Shown: positions 15,008 to 24,513 of the stretch, piece after piece | Numbering within the stretch: the first letter of the stretch is position 1 | Layout: every line of letters begins with the position of its first letter | NCBI RefSeq assembly: GCF_001598795.1 | Contig: NZ_BCZP01000008.1 | Location: forward strand, 150,001 to 182,000 | DNA from: Delftia acidovorans NBRC 14950 | Lineage (GTDB): Bacteria; Pseudomonadota; Gammaproteobacteria; Burkholderiales; Burkholderiaceae_C | Length of the DNA: 32,000 bases | Direction of reading: 5' to 3' | Made by a program: the position numbers and the translations under genes | The notes under the pieces: model-generated | What the model was told of the DNA's origin: nothing | What the model saw: only the letters and a program-made list of their open reading frames with translations | The model's database searches: none

Positions 15008-15136
15008 AGCCAAAGTTCCGTGGGTTTTTCAGACGGTTGCACTCATTTTTGGAGTGCCAAAAGTCGTTTGTGCCTAGTCTGAGCGATTTTTGGAAACCCT
15101 GCTTGCCAGCGGTGGGCGCATATTGCTGGGAGAGCA

Positions 15137-15925
15137 TTACAGTTTTTCCAGCAGGCTTTCAATCTGCCGGCCCAGTTGCAGCAAGGCCGGGTGCAGCTCC
15201 TGCACGATGGCCGGCAAAGGCTCCGTGGTGGAGACGCTGCAGTTCAGGACATAGATGGCATCGGGTGTCACCAGCGGCGTGGCCAGCGCAACCACTTCCG
15301 GCTGCCACGATGCGGCGCAGAAGCCTTGGCTTTTCACGGACTTGATCGCCGCCTGGATCTGCTGCTCCAGCGCAGGCCATTGGGCGCCCCTCTTGAGCCT
15401 GAAGCTGTCGAGCAAGGCCTTGCGCCTGGCCGATGGCGCCGCCGCCAGGTAGGCGCGCCCCAGCGACGTCAGCTCCATGGGAACGCGCTGCCCCGAGACC
15501 ACATGCCTGAGCACGATCCGGCGGTTGTAGCGTATGGATTCCAGGTAGACCATCTCGTCCCGGTCGGGACATGCCAGGCCCACGTTGATCCTGCGTGTCT
15601 CGGCGAGGGTGCGCATCAGGGGCGCCGCAATCGACAGCACCGTCGAGCCCGTGCGCATGGCGTGCGCCAGGCTCAGGACCGCCGGGGCCAGGCGAAAGGC
15701 CCGGCTTGGGTGGTCGGCCTGCAGCATGCCGCAGCCGACCAGGGTCTGCGTCAGCCGGGTGACCGTGGCCTTGGACAGGCCGGTGCGTTCCGCCAGGTCG
15801 CTGTTGCCCAGCAGTTCCGAGCCGGGCCTGAACGCACGGAGTATTTCGACGCCTCTTTCCAGGGAGCGGTTGCTCGGGGACTGTCCCGGCTTGTCATGGA
15901 GGATGGGGGATCGCCTGTTCGTCAT
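15137..15925 (-). CDS. IclR family transcriptional regulator
   Basis: The N-terminal wHTH is SLERGVEILRAFRPGSELLGNSDLAERTGLSKATVTRLTQTL, followed by an IclR-type effector domain. I prefer the ATG at 15925 (MTNRRSP) over the longer track ORF. Confidence 0.8.
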   Translation of the reverse strand: MTNRRSPILHDKPGQSPSNRSLERGVEILRAFRPGSELLGNSDLAERTGLSKATVTRLTQTLVGCGMLQADHPSRAFRLAPAVLSLAHAMRTGSTVLSIAAPLMRTLAETRRINVGLACPDRDEMVYLESIRYNRRIVLRHVVSGQRVPMELTSLGRAYLAAAPSARRKALLDSFRLKRGAQWPALEQQIQAAIKSVKSQGFCAASWQPEVVALATPLVTPDAIYVLNCSVSTTEPLPAIVQELHPALLQLGRQIESLLEKL

Positions 15926-16201
15926 GCTGCTGCCGCTGGTGGGGGACCGCGCTTGCCCCGGTGTCGAAAGCTGTGTTCTTCCTGCCCGGGTACGGGCGCC
16001 TGATGGAAGCCAAGTATTCCACCGAATGCAAGGGAAATGCAGCCGCAGGCTCTGGCGCGCCCGCTTTGGAATTTCACTGGTTGGAATATGGGGGGTCACA
16101 AGTGCGGTGCGTTTCCCTAAGCTTTCACAAGCCAGTCGCCAGCGTCATCGCAACGCTGGCGCAGTGACCGGACCTCTGTCCATAGAACCAGGAGACACAC
16201 C

Positions 16202-17179
16202 ATGCCCAGTTTCGCCGCCCGCCGTTGTGCAAGGGCCATTGCGTTCATTGCCGTGCTCGCGACTGTCTGCAGCGCAGCATCTGCAGCCTTCCCGGAAAAG
16301 CCCGTGCGCCTCGTCGTGCCCTTTGCGCCAGGCGGTGGAACGGACCTGATCGCCCGCACGCTGGGGGCCGAGATGGCCAAGGACCTGGGCCAGCCCGTCA
16401 TCGTGGACAACAAGCCCGGTGCCGGCACGATCATCGGCACCGACAACGTTGCCAAGAGTGCGCCGGACGGTTACTCCGTGGTCGTGGCTTCGTTCGCGCA
16501 CGCCGTCAATCCGGCGTTGCAGGCCAAGCTGCCGTACGGGAGCAACAAGGCCTTTGCTCCGGTGATCCTGATCGGCCGCGGCCCCAACGTGCTGGTGGTG
16601 CCCGCCGCCAGCCCGTACAAGACGGTGGCGGACGTGATGGCCGCCGCCAAGGCCAGTCCCGACAAGCTGACCTATGCCTCGCAGGGCGCCGGGACTTCGG
16701 CGCATCTGGCGGGTGAGCTGTTTGCCAACCTTGCCAAGGTCAGGCTCACCCATGTGCCCTACCGCGGCGCAGGCCCGGCGCTCACCGATCTCATGGGCGG
16801 GCAGGTGGACATGATGTTCGCCACGGCGGCGGCGGTATCCACCTTCATCGACAACGGCAAGCTGCGCGTACTGGGTGTCACCACGGCCGAGCCGTCAGCG
16901 GCCTTCAAGAACGTGCCACCCATCGCCGTCACCGTCCCGGGCTACCGCGTCGAGAGCTGGTACGGCCTGTACGCGCCGGCAGCCACACCTGCCGCCGTGA
17001 TCGATCGCCTGAACGCCGCGGCCCGCAAGGCGGCCCGCTCGCCGGAGTTCGTTCGCAAGCTGGAGCACGAGGGCCTGATGGTCAATGCAGGACCTGCCGC
17101 GGAACTGGACACCTATGTGCAGGCCGAGGAAAAGCGCTGGGCGCAGATCGTCAAGCAAAACAACATCCATCCCGATTGA
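16202..17179 (+). CDS. Bug family (TctC-like) periplasmic substrate-binding protein
   Basis: A signal peptide is followed by FPEKPVRLVVPFAPGGGTDLIARTL, and the length (325 aa) is typical. It is divergent from the IclR gene. Confidence 0.85.
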   Translation: MPSFAARRCARAIAFIAVLATVCSAASAAFPEKPVRLVVPFAPGGGTDLIARTLGAEMAKDLGQPVIVDNKPGAGTIIGTDNVAKSAPDGYSVVVASFAHAVNPALQAKLPYGSNKAFAPVILIGRGPNVLVVPAASPYKTVADVMAAAKASPDKLTYASQGAGTSAHLAGELFANLAKVRLTHVPYRGAGPALTDLMGGQVDMMFATAAAVSTFIDNGKLRVLGVTTAEPSAAFKNVPPIAVTVPGYRVESWYGLYAPAATPAAVIDRLNAAARKAARSPEFVRKLEHEGLMVNAGPAAELDTYVQAEEKRWAQIVKQNNIHPD

Positions 17180-17212
17180 TCGCACTGGCTGCGATCGCTT
17201 TCAAAGCACGCC

Positions 17213-18004
17213 ATGAACTACGAACTGATCCAACTGAATGTCGCCGATGCGGTGGCGACCGTGACCCTGAACCGCCCCGACAAGCGCAACGCCATGAGTG
17301 ACGACATGCGCACCGAGTTCATTGATGCCCTGGAGCGCGTGGCGGCAGACAAGGCCATCAAGGCCCTGGTGCTGACAGGCGCGGGCAAGGGATTTTGCGC
17401 AGGCGGTGACATTGCCGGAATGCAAAGGCGCATGAATGCTCCCGCGGGCGAGGTGGGCTTCAACGGCTGGCAGCGCCAGCAGCGCGTGCACCATGTCCAG
17501 GCCCTGCTGCATACCATGCCCAAGCCCGTGATCGCCGCCGTCAACGGCGCAGCGTCGGGCCTGGGGGCGGACACGGCGCTGGCCTGCGACTTCGTGATCG
17601 CCAGCGAATGGGCCAGCTTCGCGTGGAGCTATGTGCTGCGCGGCATCATCCCGGACGGCGGCGGCATGTACTTCCTGCCGCGCCGTGTGGGCCTGGCCAA
17701 GGCCAAGGAGCTGATCTTCACGGGGCGCCAGGTCAAGCTGCCGGAAGCCCTGGCCCTGGGCATCGTGGACCGCCAGGCCAGTGCCGAGACCTTGGTGGCA
17801 GAGGCCCAGGCCTGGGCGCGCGAGCTGTCCTCGGCTTCTTCCACCGCGCTGGCATTGACCAAGACCATCCTGAACCAGAGCTTCGAGCTGTCTTCGCACG
17901 ATGTCTTCGCCCAGGGCAGCCAGGCCCAGGGCATCTGCTACACCAGCAGTGAACACCGCGCATCGGTGGAGGCCTTCCTGGCCAAGACAGCCGGCAAGGA
18001 GTGA
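17213..18004 (+). CDS. Enoyl-CoA hydratase/isomerase (crotonase) family protein
   Basis: Crotonase motifs are present: LNRPDKRNAM, LTGAGKGFCAGGDI and AAVNGAASGLGADTALACDF. Confidence 0.85.
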   Translation: MNYELIQLNVADAVATVTLNRPDKRNAMSDDMRTEFIDALERVAADKAIKALVLTGAGKGFCAGGDIAGMQRRMNAPAGEVGFNGWQRQQRVHHVQALLHTMPKPVIAAVNGAASGLGADTALACDFVIASEWASFAWSYVLRGIIPDGGGMYFLPRRVGLAKAKELIFTGRQVKLPEALALGIVDRQASAETLVAEAQAWARELSSASSTALALTKTILNQSFELSSHDVFAQGSQAQGICYTSSEHRASVEAFLAKTAGKE

Positions 18005-18008
18005 TGCC

Positions 18009-20111
18009 ATGAGCGAAGCCATTGCCAAGCTGCTGTCGCCGCGCAGCGTCGCCGTCATAGGCGCCTCTGCCGACCTGAAAAAGACCACGGGCCGTCCGGT
18101 GGCCTACCTGCAAAAGCACGGGTTTGCCGGCCGCATTCTTCCCGTCAATCCGCGCGTGGAGCGCATCGGCGATCTGGCCTGCTATCCCGATGTGGCCTCG
18201 TTGCCTGAAGTGCCTGATGTGGCCGTCGTGCTGCTGGGCGCCGAGCGTGCGCACCAGGCCGTCAGGGAGCTGTCGGCGCTGGGCTGCGCGGCAGCCATCG
18301 TGCTGGCCAGCGGCTATACGGAAACGGGCGAGGAGGGCGCACTGCGCCAGCGGCAATTGGTCGAGGCGGCCGGCAGCATGCGCCTGCTGGGGCCCAACAC
18401 CATCGGGCTGGTCAACCTGACCGACCGGATCGTGCTGTCGCCCTCGGGCGCGCTGGAGATGGACGAGTTCCCCGTCGGAGGCATCGGTGTCGTCTCGCAA
18501 AGCGGCGGCATCCTGGGCTCGCTGCTGTCGCGCGCCGCCGCGCGTGGCATCGGCCTGTCCAAGCTCATCTCCACCAGCAACGAAGTCGATCTGGAACTGG
18601 CCGATTTCATCGACCACCTGGCCGATGACCCGGCCACCAAGGTGATCGCGCTGTATGTGGAGACGGTGCGCCATCCCGCCAGGTTCCGTGCCGCCTGCCT
18701 GAAGGCCGCGCGTGCCGGCAAGCCCGTGGTGGCCTTCAAGATCGGCCGCTCCGAGGCTGGCGCCAAGGCTGCCGTATCGCACACGGGGGCCATGGCCGGT
18801 GCGGATCGCATGTACGACGCGCTGTTCCGGCAGGTCGGCGTGATCCGTGCGCAAAGCTTTGCCGACCTGCTGGACGTGCCCGCTGCGCTGGCCACGGGCC
18901 GCAGGCTGCGCGGCAGGCGCATCGCCATCCTGACGTCCACCGGCGGTGCGGGCACCCTGGTGTCGGACGATCTGGGCGTGGCCGGATTCGACACGCCGGC
19001 CCCTGACCAGGCGACGGCCGACGCACTGCGCGCGCTGCAGACCGGCAGCGAGGCCGTGCTGGACCGCAACCCCATCGACGTGACCCTGGCGGGCCTGCGT
19101 CCCGACCTGCTGCGCGGCGCCATCAATGCCTTGCTGGCAAGCCCCAGCTACGACGCGCTGGTGATCATCGTCGGCTCCTCCAGCCTGGCCATGCCCGAGC
19201 TGCTGGCCGGTGCCATCCAGGACTGCCTGCCCCACTCCGACAAGCCGGTGCTGGCCTACGTCAGCCCGCATGCGCCGGAAATCGGCGCGCTGCTCACGCA
19301 ACGCGGCGTGCCGGCCTTCGCTGCGGCGGAAAGCTGCACGGCCGCGCTGGCGGGCATGCTGCGCGTCAACGGCTTCCAGGGTGCGCCTTCCGAGCTGGTC
19401 GTAGGAAAAGGCTCCCTGCATGACCAGGACCTGCCCGTTGGCTGCCTCGATGAAGCGCAGGCCAAGGCCGTTTTCCGCCGTTTCGGCGTGCCGTGCGCGG
19501 CCGAGCGTGTGGTGCGCACCGCCGAAGAGGCCGAAGCCGCCGCGCGCGAACTGGGCGGCCGGGTGGTGCTCAAGATCCTTTCGTCCCAGATCACGCACAA
19601 GAGCGATGTGGGCGGTGTCGCCGTCGGCCTGACTGCGCAAACCATAGGTGCCCGGATGGGCGCGATGGTGGCCGAGGTGCAGGCCAGGGCGTGCGTGCGC
19701 CCGGACCGGTTCCTGGTGCAGCAGATGGTGGCTGGTGGCACCGAGCTGATTCTTGGCCTGCACAAGGATGCGCTGGGCACCGCCGTGATGCTGGGCATGG
19801 GAGGCGTGACGGCCGAGCTGTTCCAGGACACCACGCTGCGGTTGCTGCCGGACGACGGCTCACAGCTGGGGGTGCTGAGCCTGTCTGACGCACTGGAGAT
19901 GGCCAGGGAGCTCAAGACCTGGCCGCTGCTGGACGGCTTTCGCGGCCGGCCCAGGGCCGATGTCGATGCGCTGGCCCATGCCATCGTCGCGTTCTCTGCA
20001 ATGGCCGCCCGGCTGGGCGACCGCGTGATCGAAGCGGAGATCAACCCGGTGTTCGTGCTGCCGCAGGGCCAGGGCGTGTGCGCTGCCGATGGTGTGCTGG
20101 TTCTGGCCTGA
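18009..20111 (+). CDS. NDP-forming acyl-CoA synthetase (acetate--CoA ligase family, CoA-binding + ATP-grasp domains)
   Basis: The N-terminal CoA-binding block is LLSPRSVAVIGASADLKKTTGRPV. Succinyl-CoA-ligase-like middle domains are present, including VSHTGAMAG. The C-terminal ATP-grasp carries VVLKILSSQITHKSDVGGV. The ATG at 18009 lies 4 nt after the hydratase stop. Confidence 0.8.
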   Translation: MSEAIAKLLSPRSVAVIGASADLKKTTGRPVAYLQKHGFAGRILPVNPRVERIGDLACYPDVASLPEVPDVAVVLLGAERAHQAVRELSALGCAAAIVLASGYTETGEEGALRQRQLVEAAGSMRLLGPNTIGLVNLTDRIVLSPSGALEMDEFPVGGIGVVSQSGGILGSLLSRAAARGIGLSKLISTSNEVDLELADFIDHLADDPATKVIALYVETVRHPARFRAACLKAARAGKPVVAFKIGRSEAGAKAAVSHTGAMAGADRMYDALFRQVGVIRAQSFADLLDVPAALATGRRLRGRRIAILTSTGGAGTLVSDDLGVAGFDTPAPDQATADALRALQTGSEAVLDRNPIDVTLAGLRPDLLRGAINALLASPSYDALVIIVGSSSLAMPELLAGAIQDCLPHSDKPVLAYVSPHAPEIGALLTQRGVPAFAAAESCTAALAGMLRVNGFQGAPSELVVGKGSLHDQDLPVGCLDEAQAKAVFRRFGVPCAAERVVRTAEEAEAAARELGGRVVLKILSSQITHKSDVGGVAVGLTAQTIGARMGAMVAEVQARACVRPDRFLVQQMVAGGTELILGLHKDALGTAVMLGMGGVTAELFQDTTLRLLPDDGSQLGVLSLSDALEMARELKTWPLLDGFRGRPRADVDALAHAIVAFSAMAARLGDRVIEAEINPVFVLPQGQGVCAADGVLVLA

Positions 20112-20182
20112 GGGCGCCAGGTACTGCACATTTCTTCCAAAAAAAGACGGCCTCATTGAGGGCCAGTCCAAGGAGACCGCAC

Positions 20183-21538
20183 ATGCATGCGACCGAAGTG
20201 TTGGGGGAGTTTGCCGCTCAATACCACCGTACCGAGCTTCCCGAAGCCGTCATCCACCATGCCAAGCGTGCCGTGATCGACTGGTATGCCGCTTTGTTCC
20301 CGGGGCTGGGCGCGGCCCCTCTTGCACAGTTGGAGCAGGTGCTTGCCGAGGACCTGGACCGCGGCTCCTGCCGGCTTGGAAACGGCCGCATGGCCACGGC
20401 GCGGGCGGCGGCACTGCTCAACGGTTCGGCGGCCCATGCCGCCGAGGTGGACGACAGCTTCCGCGATGCCATGTACCACCCCGGGGCCGCAACCATTGCG
20501 GCGGCGCTGGCGGCAAGCCAGCAGGCAGGGGCCAGTGGCCTGGACTTCCTGCGTGCCGTGGTGCTGGGCTATGAGGTCTCCACCCGCATCGGCGTGACCC
20601 TGGGCCGGGCCCACTACCGCTTCTGGCACAACACCGGCACCGTGGGCGTCTTCGGGGCAGCGGCAGCCGCAGGGTATGCGCTGCGGCTGGATGCAGGGCA
20701 ATTCGCCCATGCACTGGCCACGGCGGCCACCTTCTCTGCCGGGTTGCAGCAGGCATTTCGCATGGATTCGATGTCCAAGCCCCTGCATGCCGGGCGCGCA
20801 GCGGAGGCCGGCCTGCTGGCCGCGCAGCTTGCGCACCAGGGGGTGACGGGATCGCTGGACGTGCTGGATGGAGAACTGGGCCTGGGCCGCGCAGTCAGCG
20901 ACGGACCCGACTGGTCAGACATCGGTGCGACCCTGGGCAGGGACTTCCACATTACCCGGCTCACCTTCAAGAACCACGTCGGCTGCGGTCATACGTTCGC
21001 CGCCATCGACGCCGCGCTGGCCTTGCGCAGCCAGCATGCCCTGCGGGCGGACGACATCTGCAGCGTGGCCGTGGCCACCTATGGCCCGGCCCTGGATATT
21101 GCCTGCTACACCGATCCTGCGACGGAAAACGAAGCCCGCTTCAGTCTTCGTTTCGTGGTGGCCACGGCCCTGGTCCATGGCAGCGTGCGGCTTTCGGCGT
21201 ACAGCCCGGAGCGCCTGGCCGATCCCGCCGTTCGCGCAATGCTTGGGCGTGTCCAGGTGGCCGTGGACCCGCAAATCGACCGGGCCTTCCCTGGCAAGAG
21301 ATCGGCACGCGTGGAAATCGTCACCAGGGATGGCCGCTGCCATGGCTGGTTCCAGCCGGACCGCAAGGGCGATCCCGAGCTGCCTCTGTCGGATGGAGAG
21401 CTGGAGGACAAGTTCATCGAGCTTGCCGCGCCCGTCGCCGGCGAGGGACGTGCCCGGCAGCTGCTTTCCAACATCTGGGAGCTTGAACGGGCGGGCTGCC
21501 TTGCAGGCCTCGCGGCCTGGCCTTCAGCAGGCCTGTGA
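20183..21538 (+). CDS. MmgE/PrpD family protein (2-methylcitrate dehydratase superfamily; substrate unknown)
   Basis: The 451-aa protein has a PrpD-family pattern: [25 protein letters not shown] and [17 protein letters not shown]. An RBS (AGGAGA) lies at 20171-20176. Confidence 0.8.
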   Translation: MHATEVLGEFAAQYHRTELPEAVIHHAKRAVIDWYAALFPGLGAAPLAQLEQVLAEDLDRGSCRLGNGRMATARAAALLNGSAAHAAEVDDSFRDAMYHPGAATIAAALAASQQAGASGLDFLRAVVLGYEVSTRIGVTLGRAHYRFWHNTGTVGVFGAAAAAGYALRLDAGQFAHALATAATFSAGLQQAFRMDSMSKPLHAGRAAEAGLLAAQLAHQGVTGSLDVLDGELGLGRAVSDGPDWSDIGATLGRDFHITRLTFKNHVGCGHTFAAIDAALALRSQHALRADDICSVAVATYGPALDIACYTDPATENEARFSLRFVVATALVHGSVRLSAYSPERLADPAVRAMLGRVQVAVDPQIDRAFPGKRSARVEIVTRDGRCHGWFQPDRKGDPELPLSDGELEDKFIELAAPVAGEGRARQLLSNIWELERAGCLAGLAAWPSAGL

Positions 21539-23494
21539 CAGCTGCTCCAGGATCGCCGGGTTCTCCAGGGTGGAGGTGTCCTGCACGATGGGCTCGCCGC
21601 GTGCAATGCTGCGCAGCAATCGCCGCATGATCTTGCCGCTGCGGGTCTTGGGCAGGTTGTCGCCGAACCGGATGTCCCTGGGCTTGGCGATCGGCCCGAT
21701 CTCCTTGGCCACCCACTCCCGCAGCAGCCTGGCGATGTCGGCCGCCTCGGCGCCGCTGGGCCGCGAACGCTTGAGGACGACGAAGGCGCATATGGCCTCT
21801 CCCGTCGTGTCATCGGGCCGCCCCACGACGGCGGCCTCCGCCACCAGGTCGGTCATGGCCACCAGGGCGGACTCGATCTCCATCGTGCCCATGCGGTGGC
21901 CGCTGACGTTGAGCACATCGTCGATGCGGCCGGTGATGGTGAAGTAGCCGGTGCGCGCATCGCGGACCGCGCCGTCTCCCGCCAGGTAGTAGCGGCCCTT
22001 GAATTCTTCGGGAAAGTAGCTGGCGACAAACCGCTCGGGATGGCCCCAGATGTTCCTGATCATGGAGGGCCAGGGGCGCTTGATCACCAGGATGCCGCTG
22101 TCGCCCCAGGGCAGCTCGTTGCCGGCCTCGTCCACCACGGCGGCGGCAATGCCCGGGAAGGCCAGTGTGCAGGAGCCGGGCACGAGGTCCGTGGCTCCGG
22201 GCAGCGGCGTGATCATGTGCCCGCCCGTCTCCGTCTGCCAGAACGTATCGACGATGGGGCAGCGGCCCCCGCCCACCTGCTCGTGGTACCAGTGCCAGGC
22301 GGCGGGATTGATCGGCTCGCCCACGGACCCCAGGATGCGCAGGCTGCCCAGGTCGTAGCGCGCGGGATGCACCTGCGCATCGGCGTCGGCGGCCTTGATC
22401 AGCGAGCGAATGGCCGTGGGCGCCGTGTAGAAGACCGTCACCCCATGGGCCTCGATCATTTTCCAGAAGCGTCCCGCGTCCGGGTAGGTGGGCACGCCCT
22501 CGAACACCACCTGCGTGGCGCCCAGCGCCAGCGGGCCGTAGGCGATATAGGTATGGCCGGTCACCCATCCGATGTCCGCCGTACACCAGAAGACATCGCA
22601 GGGCTGCAGGTCGAAGGTCCAGGCGCAGGTCACGGCGGCGTGCAGCAGATAGCCTCCCGTGGCGTGCTGGACGCCCTTGGGGGTTCCGGTGGAGCCCGAG
22701 GTGTAGAGCAGGAACAGCGGATGCTCGGCCTGCACCCATTCCGGTTCGCAGACATCGCTCTGGGCTGCGGTGATTTCTTCAAGCCACAGGTCCCGGGGCT
22801 GGTGCATGGCGATGGCGCCGCCCGTGCGCCGTGCCACCAGCACGTGGCGGACCTGCTCGCAGCCGGGCTGGGCCAGGGCCTCGTCCACGATGCTCTTGAG
22901 GGGCAATTGCCGTCCTCCCCGCACTTGCTGGTCTGCCGTGATGACGGCGCAGGCCCCCGTGTCCGCGATGCGGTCGCGCAGCGCCGTGGCGGAGAAGCCG
23001 CCGAACACCACGCAGTGAATGGCACCTATGCGTGCACAGGCCTGCATGGCGGCCACGCCGTCAATCGACATGGCCATGTAGATGACGACGCGGTCGCCCT
23101 TGCCGACACCCAGGCTGCGCAGGGCGTTGGCCAGGCGATTGACCCGGACAAGAAGCTGCGCATAGGTCACCTGCGTCACCGCGCCGTCATCGGCTTCGAA
23201 GATGAGGGCCGTGCGCTCGCCCAGCCCCCGCTGGATGTTGCGCTCCAGGCAGTTCCAGCTGGCGTTGAGCGTGCCGTCGTTGAACCATTCGTAGAACGGG
23301 GCGCGGCTTTCATCGAGCACGCGCGTGAACGGGCGCTTCCACGCGACGAACTCGCGCGCGAGCCGGCCCCAGAACGCCTGGGGATCGGCGTCCGCCTCCG
23401 CGACGAGCCGGTCATAGGCGGCGCGCCCGCTCACGCGCGCATTGCGGGCCAGCTCTGCAGATGGGGGATAGGACGGTGCAAGGTCTTGGCTCAT
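21524..23494 (-). CDS. acs: Acetyl-CoA synthetase (AMP-forming acetate--CoA ligase)
   Basis: The 656-aa protein carries the Acs-typical N-terminus ([20 protein letters not shown]...[17 protein letters not shown]). The AMP-binding motif [11 protein letters not shown] and the blocks WQTETGG and [11 protein letters not shown] are present. Confidence 0.9.
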   Translation of the reverse strand: MSQDLAPSYPPSAELARNARVSGRAAYDRLVAEADADPQAFWGRLAREFVAWKRPFTRVLDESRAPFYEWFNDGTLNASWNCLERNIQRGLGERTALIFEADDGAVTQVTYAQLLVRVNRLANALRSLGVGKGDRVVIYMAMSIDGVAAMQACARIGAIHCVVFGGFSATALRDRIADTGACAVITADQQVRGGRQLPLKSIVDEALAQPGCEQVRHVLVARRTGGAIAMHQPRDLWLEEITAAQSDVCEPEWVQAEHPLFLLYTSGSTGTPKGVQHATGGYLLHAAVTCAWTFDLQPCDVFWCTADIGWVTGHTYIAYGPLALGATQVVFEGVPTYPDAGRFWKMIEAHGVTVFYTAPTAIRSLIKAADADAQVHPARYDLGSLRILGSVGEPINPAAWHWYHEQVGGGRCPIVDTFWQTETGGHMITPLPGATDLVPGSCTLAFPGIAAAVVDEAGNELPWGDSGILVIKRPWPSMIRNIWGHPERFVASYFPEEFKGRYYLAGDGAVRDARTGYFTITGRIDDVLNVSGHRMGTMEIESALVAMTDLVAEAAVVGRPDDTTGEAICAFVVLKRSRPSGAEAADIARLLREWVAKEIGPIAKPRDIRFGDNLPKTRSGKIMRRLLRSIARGEPIVQDTSTLENPAILEQLSQAC

Positions 23495-23538
23495 GGTGGT
23501 TGTCTCCTGGGTCTAGAAATCAAGGGGGTCACGAAGCC

Positions 23539-23589
23539 GGCGCAAAAAAACTCCGGCGCAAAGGCTTCGGCGCAAAGGCTCAGGCGCAA
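23539..23589. repeat. Four direct repeats of GGCGCAA(A/G)G in the mdcH-acs spacer
   Basis: GGCGCAA occurs at 23539, 23555, 23569 and 23583, a period of 16/14/14 nt. Copies 2 and 3 sit inside identical CGGCGCAAAGGCT units. Confidence 0.7.
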
Positions 23590-23601
23590 GGCCCCGGGGC
23601 G

Positions 23602-24513
23602 TCAGTCCCCGCAGTGCCGGCCTATCCAGCCGGCAATGGCCGCCACGCTGCGGAAGTCGTCGCAGGAGCGGGCCGGAATGTCCGGATGGCGCTGGTTCCA
23701 CAGGCGTGCCAGCGCCTGGCCGGGGCCGATCTCCAGAACGCACCGCACCTGGCGTGCGGCAATGCTGTCCATGCAGTCGTCCCAGTGCACCGTGCCCGCT
23801 ATCTGCTCGGACAGGGCTGCACGGGCGCCTGCGGCGTCACGCACCCGCCGGGCCGTGTTGCTGAAAAGCGCCACGGCGGGCGCGTGCACGGCCACCTGGC
23901 CCAGGTCCTGTGCGAAGGCCTGGGCGGCCTGGCGCATCCACGGGGTGTGGGACGCCACCTGCACGCGCAGCCGGGTGGCATGCGCGCCCTGGCGGGCCGC
24001 CAGCGCCTGCGCCTGCTCCAGTGCCGCGTGGGGGCCGCCCAGGATGAGGTTCTCTGGCCCGTTGCGTATGGCCACGGCCAGCCCGGTCGTCTCCAGCAGG
24101 GCGGCCATGCGCGCGGGCGGCAGGCCGCTGACGGCCAGCAGCCCGCCGCCGGGCATCTGCTGCGCGCAGCGGTCCATGGCCGCCGCGCGGCGCGCGGCCA
24201 GGGCAACGATGTCGCAGGCATCCAGCGCGCCCGCGGCACCGAATGCGGGCAGTTCCCCCACGCTGTAGCCCGCCACGGCCGAAGGCGCGGGCAGTTGCGG
24301 GGACAGCTGCATCCACGCGGCCATGGCCAGGCCCGCCAGCAGCGGCTGGGCCACGGCGTTGGACTCGGCCCACGGCGCATCCGCCAACCTGTCGCGCCAG
24401 TGCGAAACCTGCAGCTGTTCGCAGACTGCCTGTGTCCATGCATCGTCCGCCAGCCAGGGGAGCATGGCGGGATGCTGCGTACCCTGGCCCGAAAACAGCA
24501 GTGCAAAGCTCAT
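23602..24513 (-). CDS. mdcH: Malonate decarboxylase epsilon subunit (malonyl-CoA:ACP transacylase)
   Basis: MSFALLFSGQGTQHPAML and GYSVGE form the FabD-like acyltransferase active-site motif. The ATG at 24513 overlaps the mdcB TGA (ATGA). Confidence 0.85.
   Translation of the reverse strand: MSFALLFSGQGTQHPAMLPWLADDAWTQAVCEQLQVSHWRDRLADAPWAESNAVAQPLLAGLAMAAWMQLSPQLPAPSAVAGYSVGELPAFGAAGALDACDIVALAARRAAAMDRCAQQMPGGGLLAVSGLPPARMAALLETTGLAVAIRNGPENLILGGPHAALEQAQALAARQGAHATRLRVQVASHTPWMRQAAQAFAQDLGQVAVHAPAVALFSNTARRVRDAAGARAALSEQIAGTVHWDDCMDSIAARQVRCVLEIGPGQALARLWNQRHPDIPARSCDDFRSVAAIAGWIGRHCGD

Noticed and set aside
15037-15059. A TGGCAC ... TGCA sequence on the minus strand that resembles a sigma-54 promoter upstream of rpoH.
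   Set aside because: The GG and GC dinucleotides are about 6 nt too far apart for the -24/-12 spacing. The sequence is better explained as an inverted repeat.
17733-19763. A 676-aa minus-strand ORF opposite the NDP-forming acyl-CoA synthetase.
   Set aside because: It is a shadow ORF with Arg/Gly/His-rich composition and no motifs. The plus strand shows CoA-binding and ATP-grasp signatures.
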